From positions 9,059 to 73,058 of the forward strand of contig CAYUJS010000003.1 in the NCBI GenBank assembly GCA_964445105.1: 64,000 bases of DNA. Reading direction: 5' to 3'. Both the position numbers and the translations under genes were made by a program. The stretch's first letter is position 1, and each line of letters begins with the position of its first letter. The notes beneath the pieces were generated by a model. The model had not been told where the DNA came from. It worked only from the letters and a program-made list of their open reading frames with translations, and searched no databases. Source of the DNA: an uncultured bacterium (GTDB lineage: Bacteria > Chlamydiota > Chlamydiia > Chlamydiales > JAJFMA01). This document shows, one piece after another, positions 57,226 to 64,000 of this stretch.

Positions 57226-58548
57226 CTAAGCGGCCTTGTCCATCCAGAGGAATTTAGCGATGAAAAGCGCTCCCAACACCCAGGCCAGCCAGTGAACGTC
57301 TCTTGCACGACCCACAAACAATTTACTGAGAGGAAATAAAATTAAGCCCAGCGCTATCCCGGTAGAGATACTGAACGTTAAAGGTACTGCGATCAGCACG
57401 ACGAAGCAGGGGATTAGCTCTATAGGGTCCTCCCAGGGAAGGTCTTTGATGGGTGCTAAGAGCAAAGCCCCAATTAAGATGAGTGCTGGCGCAGTGCTAT
57501 ACATGGGGATAGAGGACGCTAGGGGCGCAAACCAAAGGCAGACGAGAAAGAGCAGCGCCACCACCAGGGCTGTTAAGCCAGTTCTACCGCCCGCAGTGAC
57601 TCCTGCCGCTGACTCTACGTATGTGGTCATCGGGGATGTACCAAAAAGGCCACTCAGCATGGTGCCGACGGCGTCTGCCATAAAGATGCGATTCAGCCTT
57701 GGCACTTTGCCGTTTTTGTCAACGAATCCGCCCTGTTCGGCCAAGCTTGTTAAGGTTCCTGCGGCATCAAAAACTGCAATGGAGGCAAAAGCTAGGATAA
57801 TACTTCCGAGCTGCGCTGTGAAGGCCCCGGGAAGGTCCATTTGCAAAAGAGTTGGCCAGGGGTCGGGCGGCATGGCGATCAGACCGTTCCACTCAACCAG
57901 TCCCCACAGCAGGCCGAGGGCCCAGGTGGTCATAATGCTGATTAAGATCGCTGCTTTGAAGCCTCTGGCAAACAATACAGAAGCAATCACGAGCCCAATA
58001 CCTGCAAGAAGAGCCTCGGGGGTGGCAAGGTCCCCTACTGTCACCATAGTTTCAGGGTGAGGAACGACCAGCCTGATGCTCTGTAATCCGATGAAAGCAA
58101 GAAAAAGTCCAATGCCGCCTGTTAAGCTCAAGCGCAGCGGTTTGGGAATAGCTTCCATGATCAACGCGCGGATTTGCAGGATGTTCAAGACAAGAAACAA
58201 GGAGCCTGCCAGGAAGGTGGCTCCCAGGGCCACTTGCCAAGAGATTCCCTCGCCTAGCACAATGGAATAGGCGAAGTAGGCGTTCAAGCCCATGCCCGGG
58301 GCCAATGCAAAGGGATAATTGGCATAAAGCGCCATGATTAACGTGGCCGCAGCTGAGCTCAAGATCGTAGCCACCATCACCGCGCCTGTGTCCATGCCTG
58401 CTGCAGCTAAAACGGCCGGGTTGACAAAGATGATGTAAGCCATCGTAGAGAAGGTCGTCAGCCCTGCCGTAGCTTCGCGCTGCACGGTTGTGCCGTTTGC
58501 ACTAAGCTGAAATAGCCTGTCGAGGTGAACTACCAGGGATTTTAACAT
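57226..58548 (-). CDS. NCS2 family purine permease (AzgA-like)
   Basis: 440 aa, about 13 TM helices, N-terminal GLTTF..MAYI.FVNP motif. Confidence 0.85.
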   Translation of the reverse strand: MLKSLVVHLDRLFQLSANGTTVQREATAGLTTFSTMAYIIFVNPAVLAAAGMDTGAVMVATILSSAAATLIMALYANYPFALAPGMGLNAYFAYSIVLGEGISWQVALGATFLAGSLFLVLNILQIRALIMEAIPKPLRLSLTGGIGLFLAFIGLQSIRLVVPHPETMVTVGDLATPEALLAGIGLVIASVLFARGFKAAILISIMTTWALGLLWGLVEWNGLIAMPPDPWPTLLQMDLPGAFTAQLGSIILAFASIAVFDAAGTLTSLAEQGGFVDKNGKVPRLNRIFMADAVGTMLSGLFGTSPMTTYVESAAGVTAGGRTGLTALVVALLFLVCLWFAPLASSIPMYSTAPALILIGALLLAPIKDLPWEDPIELIPCFVVLIAVPLTFSISTGIALGLILFPLSKLFVGRARDVHWLAWVLGALFIAKFLWMDKAA

Positions 58549-59051
58549 TACGCCTCGCCGAATGTAGCTCTCAGCCGAAAGGGCTCATGGTAACCGATGC
58601 TCTGAGTCAGAAGTTCCTCTAACTCATTCTGCACTCGGGTTAAGATCTGTTTTTGTTCTGCTTTGGAGACCGGGGGAAAGTGCACTAAAATTTGCAGCTG
58701 ATGATTGAGTAAAGAGGCTTGTGATTCGATATCGAGCTCGGGAAAGCAATCCTGCCAGTAGCTTTTCAGATAACTATCAACTAGCTGCTCGTCGATGGCA
58801 ACCGATCGCGCTCCGCTGCGTATATAATGATAGTGGCGTTTTGTGCCCCGGCGCCAGTGCATGGACAAAACGACACCCAAAGCTAAAAAGCCTAGGCCCG
58901 CCAAAGATACGGCAACGTAGTGGTCGCGAACAAACTGAACTACCAGTTCTTGTAGCCTTGTCGACCAAGGAATCAATGCAGCAATCGCACCAAAAGCTAG
59001 GAAAAAAACCGCTTGAGCTAGCTTAAGGAGGGTATGAAAAAAATGCAGCAT
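58548..59051 (-). CDS. Membrane anchor protein, AmaP-like
   Basis: Two N-terminal TM helices plus a soluble domain. It lies directly downstream of an Asp23 gene. The call rests mainly on this context. Confidence 0.45.
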   Translation of the reverse strand: MLHFFHTLLKLAQAVFFLAFGAIAALIPWSTRLQELVVQFVRDHYVAVSLAGLGFLALGVVLSMHWRRGTKRHYHYIRSGARSVAIDEQLVDSYLKSYWQDCFPELDIESQASLLNHQLQILVHFPPVSKAEQKQILTRVQNELEELLTQSIGYHEPFRLRATFGEA

Positions 59052-59055
59052 CAGG

Positions 59056-59535
59056 CTATTTGAATTCGTCCGAATACTCTTCTTCTAGGTTTTCCGCAAG
59101 CATCTGAGCGGATTTGTTGAGGTGCGCCTGTTGAGGTGGAATAAGTCCTTTGAACACAACGTGCACACAAGCGACGTGTAGCCCGGTCAGTTTGGTCACC
59201 TCTTCCGTAACTTTCGTCTGAATCTCGTCTGCTTTCGTGGGTATGCAAACCCCGTAAGCAATATTCACTTCGACGCGGATTTTGACGGCTTGGTTTTTTC
59301 CATCCTGTTCGGCTACGATTCCCTTCACACTTTCCACGCTGCTGCGTGTGAAAATGTTGTCGATGAATCCACCTTCAACCAAATTGATATTTTGAATTTT
59401 AGCTAAACATTGAAGGACGATGGCCTGAAATACGCGGTTTTCAATATCGCGCACATAGACCGTTTCAGGAAGATCAAATTCTTTCGCGTCAAACTTAGTG
59501 CTCGGGTCTTTGACATGTCGCTTTGTATCAGTCAT
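59056..59535 (-). CDS. Asp23/Gls24 family envelope stress protein
   Basis: Asp23-type pattern (IE..V...V......I.......V.GI.....V.V.V....YG..I......IQ..V...V...TGL.V..V.V.V.G). ATG 59535 has a GGAGA RBS. Confidence 0.8.
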   Translation of the reverse strand: MTDTKRHVKDPSTKFDAKEFDLPETVYVRDIENRVFQAIVLQCLAKIQNINLVEGGFIDNIFTRSSVESVKGIVAEQDGKNQAVKIRVEVNIAYGVCIPTKADEIQTKVTEEVTKLTGLHVACVHVVFKGLIPPQQAHLNKSAQMLAENLEEEYSDEFK

Positions 59536-59558
59536 TGCGATCTCCAAAATGTGAATGA

Positions 59559-59601
59559 GAGTTATGACCTAAGTCATAACTCATCACCCATAACTCATCA
59601 C
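59559..59601. promoter_or_regulatory. Palindrome plus tandem direct repeat upstream of asp23 (candidate operator)
   Basis: Perfect inverted repeat gagttatgac-ctaa-gtcataactc (59559-59582), overlapping two copies of ataactcatcac (59576-59587 and 59590-59601). Confidence 0.3.
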
Positions 59602-59629
59602 TAAAAAACGGCTAAGAGGTCGTTTCTCT

Positions 59630-59935
59630 TTACCAACTCGATTTGGTTACGCCTGGAATGAGCCCCTGGGAGGCCATTTCGCGGAAGCAAAGCCGGGAGA
59701 GCTTAAATTTGCGGTAGTAGCCTCGGCAACGTCCAGTAAGCTGACAGCGATTACGTAGGCGAGTGGGAGAAGAGTTCTTCGGCAGCTTATTGAGGTCGAT
59801 GATTGCCTGGTGACGCTCTTCTTCTGACGTTTTCAGGTTGCGGATCTTTTCTTTCAGCTCCTGACGCTTGTCCCATTTCACGCCTACTAGACGTTCGCGA
59901 CGCTTTTGTTTTACGATGGAAGATGTTCTCGCCAT
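59630..59935 (-). CDS. rpsN: 30S ribosomal protein S14 (long, non-zinc form)
   Basis: 101 aa ending [43 protein letters not shown]. Confidence 0.95.
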   Translation of the reverse strand: MARTSSIVKQKRRERLVGVKWDKRQELKEKIRNLKTSEEERHQAIIDLNKLPKNSSPTRLRNRCQLTGRCRGYYRKFKLSRLCFREMASQGLIPGVTKSSW

Positions 59936-59957
59936 GTTTAATCAATCCTTATTCAGT

Positions 59958-60095
59958 TTATTTTTTTAGGGCTGGGCCTTTTTGGCGCTGCTTACGGTTG
60001 GGATCACGTTTGTTAACGACATACAAACGTCCACGTCGTCGCACTAGTTTGTCGCCTTTGGAGGGATCAGCTTTTACGGATGCTCTAACCTTCAT
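59958..60095 (-). CDS. rpmJ: 50S ribosomal protein L36 (long form)
   Basis: Not in the ORF track. Translated by hand as [45 protein letters not shown], very close to chlamydial L36 as I recall it. It lies 22 nt upstream of rpsN. Confidence 0.9.
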   Translation of the reverse strand: MKVRASVKADPSKGDKLVRRRGRLYVVNKRDPNRKQRQKGPALKK

Positions 60096-60262
60096 GTCTC
60101 TAACCTGGTTTTGGATTTAGCTAAAGAAGAGGTTATAGCCCGAAAGGCCATTTCTGCTCAACGATAATTTTCGCAAACAATTTTCGCCTTGTCGCATAAA
60201 CACGGAAGCGCTATAGTTTTGTCAAAATTTCGAAACCAGCTTAAAGATATAGGGTACCCAAA

Positions 60263-60397
60263 GTGAAACGCACCTACCAGCCTAGCAAGCGTCGTCGTCA
60301 GACCGAACACGGATTCCGCAAACGTATGGCCACGGCTGCCGGCCGTCGCGTATTGCGTAACCGCCGTCGTAAAGGGCGCCACGTATTGACCGTCTAA
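60263..60397 (+). CDS. rpmH: 50S ribosomal protein L34
   Basis: Not in the ORF track. GTG start, translated as [44 protein letters not shown]. Confidence 0.9.
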   Translation: MKRTYQPSKRRRQTEHGFRKRMATAAGRRVLRNRRRKGRHVLTV

Positions 60398-60729
60398 GCA
60401 AGCGCTTCCCCAAAGAGGCTCGTCTTCGGAGTCGCGCAGAGTATGTGCGTCTCAGCCATAAGGGAGAGAGCTTTAAGGGAAAATTCTGTTGGATCCAGTT
60501 TCGTTCTAGCACACATTCTAGTGCGAAGCTGGGTATCACTGCCACCCGTCGTTTCGGCAAAGCTCACGAACGCAACCGCTTCAAGCGTATCACGCGCGAG
60601 GCCTTTCGAGAGGCTCTTTCAGGCTTGCCTTCAGGCCTGGAAATACAAATCCATCCCCGCCAGCATTCAAAAGACGCTCAGCCAAAAGACATTTTGGAAG
60701 ATATCAAAAGCCTGCAAGCACGGCTGTAA
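60385..60729 (+). CDS. rnpA: Ribonuclease P protein component
   Basis: Core motif [26 protein letters not shown]. The conserved N-terminal segment [18 protein letters not shown] is in frame upstream of the first canonical start (GTG 60445). The only start-like codon there is ATT at 60385. Confidence 0.7.
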   Translation: MDRLSKRFPKEARLRSRAEYVRLSHKGESFKGKFCWIQFRSSTHSSAKLGITATRRFGKAHERNRFKRITREAFREALSGLPSGLEIQIHPRQHSKDAQPKDILEDIKSLQARL

Positions 60730-60962
60730 GGCATAGAACTGCTACGGAGCTTACCGAATTATTCTGGGCGCTTAGTGCAATCTCTTGGCCCACAGCGGTT
60801 CACTTTTTTGCACTTAGCCTTGGGGTACAATAGACTCAAAAACCTAATCCATGGAGAATCAAATCTTGTGCTACTCACCAAAAACCAAACGTAAACCCCG
60901 GCTAGAAGTGGCCAAGTGGTACAGGCGCTTGCCCTAGGGCAGCGCAAGGTTTGTAAGAGAAA

Positions 60963-62189
60963 TTATTCAAAAAAAGCCTTTTCTTGGCGCTTGGTAGTTT
61001 TTAGCCCCATGCTGGCGGCTTTCTCAAGCCCGACGACTACCGCAAATCCGATTACAGCACAGGCCAGGGCAAACCAGGGCTGGCTGGTAGAAAAATCGGG
61101 AGTAAGCGGCTCAAGCACCATCAACGAGGGTGCCTGGTGAGGTTTCAGCGGCTGGACCATGTAGGCGAAGCTATAAAACGGCCATAGCACTCGTGTAGCG
61201 CCGATCATGGCGCCGATCATTGTGGCGATGGTGATGTCGTGATAGCGTTTAAGTAGCCAGCTCACGACATGGCTAAAAGACATTAACCCGATGACAATGC
61301 CAATCAGCACGTTTACTAAAACTAAGCTTGCAGGCCAGTCGACAGACAGGCTGCCAAGCCCCACTACAAAATCTACTAGGGCACCTATGATCATGGGATA
61401 AACGCCAATGGCGGTCAGCAGGTAGCTCCCAGATATTCCCGGTAGCAGCAACGCGCAAGAGGCCATGGCTCCACAAATGATCAGCCATGGCTCTATGGGG
61501 CGGGCTTGTCGCGGAGTAACAAATTGGGCTGCTGCGCCTTCGCTCCGCTTGTCATGGTTATAGACCAGCGCGCCAGGGCTTAAGACTCGGCCGGCAAGCA
61601 TGGCCGCGAGGGTAGACTGGGGAACGTTGGTAAGCACAGAGCGCGTTAGGTCGTAGTTGAGCAATGGAGTGGAGGCGTTCAAAACGAGCTGCACGTCGTA
61701 CAGAGGTTCAGCTGTTTGCGTAGACCAGTCGGCGCCTGTGGCCCAAAAGGCTACTCCAAGCCCTAGCAGCAGAGCGCTTTTCTTGGCCCAATTCCAAACA
61801 CGCACCTGCCGCTTGCAAAAATAGACAGAACCCAGAACGAGCCCAATGAATCCTGCATAGAGATAACCTCTATACAGGGGTACTTCCAGCAGAAAGTGGA
61901 TCAGTTGGCTCAGCATGATAAACGCACAAGCCACCCCCAAGCCAAGAGAGCCGAGAAATTCCCAGGCGACCGCTCGCTGAAATAACCAAAAACGGCCTCG
62001 GGCGAGCAGGCTGAAAGCGTGGAGATTAAAGGTGCGGACGCTCTCTATTAAATCACTATAAATCCCTAGGATAAAGCAGATTGTGCCACCTGATACGCCT
62101 GGTATGAGGTCAGCCGACCCCATACATAGACCGGACAAAACCAGCCTTATGGCACCGCGCAGGCCAGCTGGTGCGGGCTTGGGAGGCAT
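60963..62189 (-). CDS. DUF368 family membrane protein (family of the proposed undecaprenyl-phosphate translocase PopT)
   Basis: Duplicated signature PGVSGGT / PGISGSY in two polytopic halves, separated by a hydrophilic insert of about 85 aa. Confidence 0.75.
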   Translation of the reverse strand: MPPKPAPAGLRGAIRLVLSGLCMGSADLIPGVSGGTICFILGIYSDLIESVRTFNLHAFSLLARGRFWLFQRAVAWEFLGSLGLGVACAFIMLSQLIHFLLEVPLYRGYLYAGFIGLVLGSVYFCKRQVRVWNWAKKSALLLGLGVAFWATGADWSTQTAEPLYDVQLVLNASTPLLNYDLTRSVLTNVPQSTLAAMLAGRVLSPGALVYNHDKRSEGAAAQFVTPRQARPIEPWLIICGAMASCALLLPGISGSYLLTAIGVYPMIIGALVDFVVGLGSLSVDWPASLVLVNVLIGIVIGLMSFSHVVSWLLKRYHDITIATMIGAMIGATRVLWPFYSFAYMVQPLKPHQAPSLMVLEPLTPDFSTSQPWFALACAVIGFAVVVGLEKAASMGLKTTKRQEKAFFE

Positions 62190-62596
62190 TAAAGCACCTC
62201 TAGCGCCTTAGCCACGAACCAGGCTGCGAACAAAATCAGGCCTGCGGTGCCTATCCATATCAGATTAGGTAGCCATTTCACGCTAGACCCAGGATTGCCC
62301 CGCATCTCTAATGTGCCGATACCGTAAGCGAACTCCGGGTCTTTCTTGGAGCGGATCAGCAGATCAGGGTTTTCGCGCATGATGACCTCTGGATCAAAAC
62401 CTAGGTAAGCGGCATATTGGCGCACAAAGCCTTGAGCATAAACGGGCGAAATGACTGAGAGGATCTTGCCCTCTTCGATGGATTGTAGAAAATTCACGCG
62501 AATGGACGTTGCTGTCTCGGCTTCTTTGAGCGACAGTCTCATCTCTTCTCTTTTTTGTTTTAGCCGGTCTCCCAGGCTCTTCTTTTCTTCTACCAT
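62189..62596 (-). CDS. HTH (XRE-type) protein with one TM helix, short RodZ-like
   Basis: N-terminal HTH (LGDRLKQKREEMRLSLKEAETATSIRVNFLQSIEEG) and a C-terminal TM helix. Its stop overlaps the DUF368 gene start. Confidence 0.55.
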   Translation of the reverse strand: MVEEKKSLGDRLKQKREEMRLSLKEAETATSIRVNFLQSIEEGKILSVISPVYAQGFVRQYAAYLGFDPEVIMRENPDLLIRSKKDPEFAYGIGTLEMRGNPGSSVKWLPNLIWIGTAGLILFAAWFVAKALEVL

Positions 62597-62667
62597 TTAA
62601 GCTCCTGATGGATGAATGAGAGTGCAGTATATCCCATGATCCATTTGGTAGCAAATGAGGTTAGGCT

Positions 62668-62822
62668 CAGTAGCTCTCGCTAAAAAGAACAACCCGGTTA
62701 GCTGAGGGGTAGCTACCAGCCTCATTTTGTTCCTTATCTGTCGCTGAGACTGCGAATTCGTCGTGGCCTGAGCCTGTTGTCAGACATCGCTGAGCCGGTT
62801 TCTTTTTTCAGCAGTCGCTGGC
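62668..62822 (+). repeat. Repeat copy G
   Basis: cagtagctctcgctaaaaag ... cattttgttcct ... gcgaattcgtcg ... ccggtttcttttttcagcagtcgctggc. Confidence 0.7.
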
Positions 62823-63028
62823 AGGCTAAGTTTGTGAATCTGTCTTTAGCGCGCGCATTGTGGTAGTTACTGAAAATTTTGTAATGGAACGTAATTGCTC
62901 ACAAAATAAGTAAAAAATCTTGTAAGTCAATGCGTTATGATGAGTTTAGACCTGAAATTTATTTTTTTTGGTAAATTCTGCTTGTTTATGGCATTTAGAA
63001 ACTGGATACCCCGCTCAAAGAGAGGCTC

Positions 63029-64000
63029 ATGTTCAAGCACCAGTCCATAAGTTTCCACCTAGTGGCCTTTACCTCGGCCCTTTCTTTTTTTATCTTGCTA
63101 TTGGGGGGGCTGGGGCTAACCAATTCTGCGAGGACCTCGGAAGCTCTGTCTCATTTTTATGGCGACATGGTGCAGTCTGTGCGCAAGCTGCAGACAATCC
63201 ACGACATTTACGAAGGAGTGGTGCGCGCATCGGTACATCGCTTGCTGACGAATACAGCTACGGGTGACGCGGTGTCCAAGGCTGTGGATGAGGCTGTCGC
63301 CAGTAGCTCAGCACACTGGCGCGCCTATTCTGACCAGGAGCGCACGCACGGCGCCGGTAATCGGCAGATGCTCAACCACGAATTTGAAAATGCCATAGAT
63401 GCCGTCAATATTTCTTGGCTTACATTGACGGACCTACTCAAGGCCGCCGACACGGATAAAACACGCAGGTATATCTTTGAGGACTTCTACCCTAAAATGG
63501 ATGCCTTAGGGCGCCGTAGTTCTCAGCTTATGAACCGTTGGATGGATCAGCTTGAAAAGGACCGACAGCTAGCTTTAAGGGGTGCAGAGCTCGCACGGCG
63601 CGAGGTGACTATCGCTCTATTCCTTGGGCTTTTGGCGGCGGCTGTGCTGGGAAGTGTGGTGGTGGCGCGCGTGCAGCGCGCGATCGATCTTTTGGCCCAA
63701 GAAATCGCAAAGATTCAGGCAGTAAGGGGCAATTTTACGCAGCGGATTCCTCTAGAGGGAAAAGAAGAGACAAACGTCGTTTCTTTACGGTTTAACAGCT
63801 TCTTAGATACCATCTTAGGATCACTGCGCAGGGTTAAGATCTCTGCGCTATCGGTGGCTACAGCCATGCCGCAAATCATAGCTTATGCCAGAGACATGGC
63901 ACAGCGTGTTCGTGAATTTGGCCGTTTTACGACCGAGGCGGGCGCGACGGCTAACGAAATTTCGGCTACTTCGCAGGAACTGGTTAAACTGATGGCCGAC
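63029..64000 (+). CDS. Methyl-accepting chemotaxis protein-like sensor, 5' partial (runs off the window)
   Basis: Not in the ORF track. I read 324 codons from ATG 63029 with no stop. It has TM1, an extracytoplasmic helical domain of about 170 aa, TM2 (IALFLGLLAAAVLGSVVVA), a HAMP-like segment, then the start of an MCP signalling domain (ATANEISATSQELVKLM). Confidence 0.75.
   Translation, partial: MFKHQSISFHLVAFTSALSFFILLLGGLGLTNSARTSEALSHFYGDMVQSVRKLQTIHDIYEGVVRASVHRLLTNTATGDAVSKAVDEAVASSSAHWRAYSDQERTHGAGNRQMLNHEFENAIDAVNISWLTLTDLLKAADTDKTRRYIFEDFYPKMDALGRRSSQLMNRWMDQLEKDRQLALRGAELARREVTIALFLGLLAAAVLGSVVVARVQRAIDLLAQEIAKIQAVRGNFTQRIPLEGKEETNVVSLRFNSFLDTILGSLRRVKISALSVATAMPQIIAYARDMAQRVREFGRFTTEAGATANEISATSQELVKLMAD

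Noticed and set aside
57446-58060. 204-aa ORF on the plus strand
   Set aside because: It lies entirely antisense within the NCS2 permease gene. Its composition is Ala/Pro/Arg-rich and low-complexity, typical of shadow frames, and it has no RBS or motif.
60900-60946. tRNA-like 5' segment (ggctagaagtggccaagtggtacaggc) between rnpA and the DUF368 gene
   Set aside because: It resembles the acceptor and D-arm of class II tRNAs, but no 7-nt anticodon loop and no T-arm (GTTCGAATC) follow. What follows is just a GC-rich hairpin, gcgcttgccc-ta-gggcagcgc. At most it is a tRNA fragment and not a gene.
62968-63267. 99-aa plus-strand ORF
   Set aside because: It overlaps the MCP-like CDS out of frame. 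The MCP frame has an RBS, TM helices and domain logic, and this one has none.
1-64000. CRISPR arrays, rRNA operons, prophage, integrases, toxin-antitoxin or known defence-system genes
   Set aside because: I scanned both strands. There are no regularly spaced direct repeats and no rRNA-like conserved blocks. I recognised no integrase, recombinase, terminase or capsid motifs and no classic defence-gene signatures. The only mobile-element-related items are the small TIR repeats and the decayed Rpn-like gene.

Overview
This is a gene-dense chromosomal segment, mostly housekeeping, that looks like it comes from an environmental Chlamydiae-like bacterium. The lineage call rests on an omcA/omcB-type cysteine-rich envelope gene cluster, a long-form L36 very close to the chlamydial sequence as I remember it, and a short RodZ-like gene. 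I did not compute GC content. I support about 55 protein-coding genes, including acnA, rlmN, rimO, mgtE, two ABC-F ATPases, dnaA, lgt, xseA-xseB-dxs-nadK, tsaD and rpsN. Three genes are absent from the supplied ORF track. rpmJ and rpmH are too short for it, and a methyl-accepting chemotaxis-like CDS runs off the 3' end of the window. There is one tRNA-Pro(UGG), one decayed Rpn/PD-(D/E)XK transposase-like pseudogene, and several clear intrinsic terminators. I found no rRNA, CRISPR array, prophage or recognisable defence island. Four things deserve a second look. (1) A roughly 150-bp intergenic repeat family with about 25-bp terminal inverted repeats occurs at least 7 times, and its end supplies the stop codon and last residues of two unrelated genes. 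(2) A compact three-gene operon matches the mycobacterial polyprenyl-phospho-arabinofuranose donor pathway (UbiA-type phosphoribosyltransferase, DprE2-like, DprE1-like). (3) An overlapping operon encodes a GT26 WecG/TagA-like transferase, an unknown 507-aa protein and a membrane-anchored pseudokinase-TPR protein. (4) A 743-aa protein with a central GT-A-like motif set is translationally coupled to a tandem GNAT protein. All product calls come from motif recognition by eye, with no database search. Where the annotated N-termini looked spurious I moved start codons relative to the ORF track.
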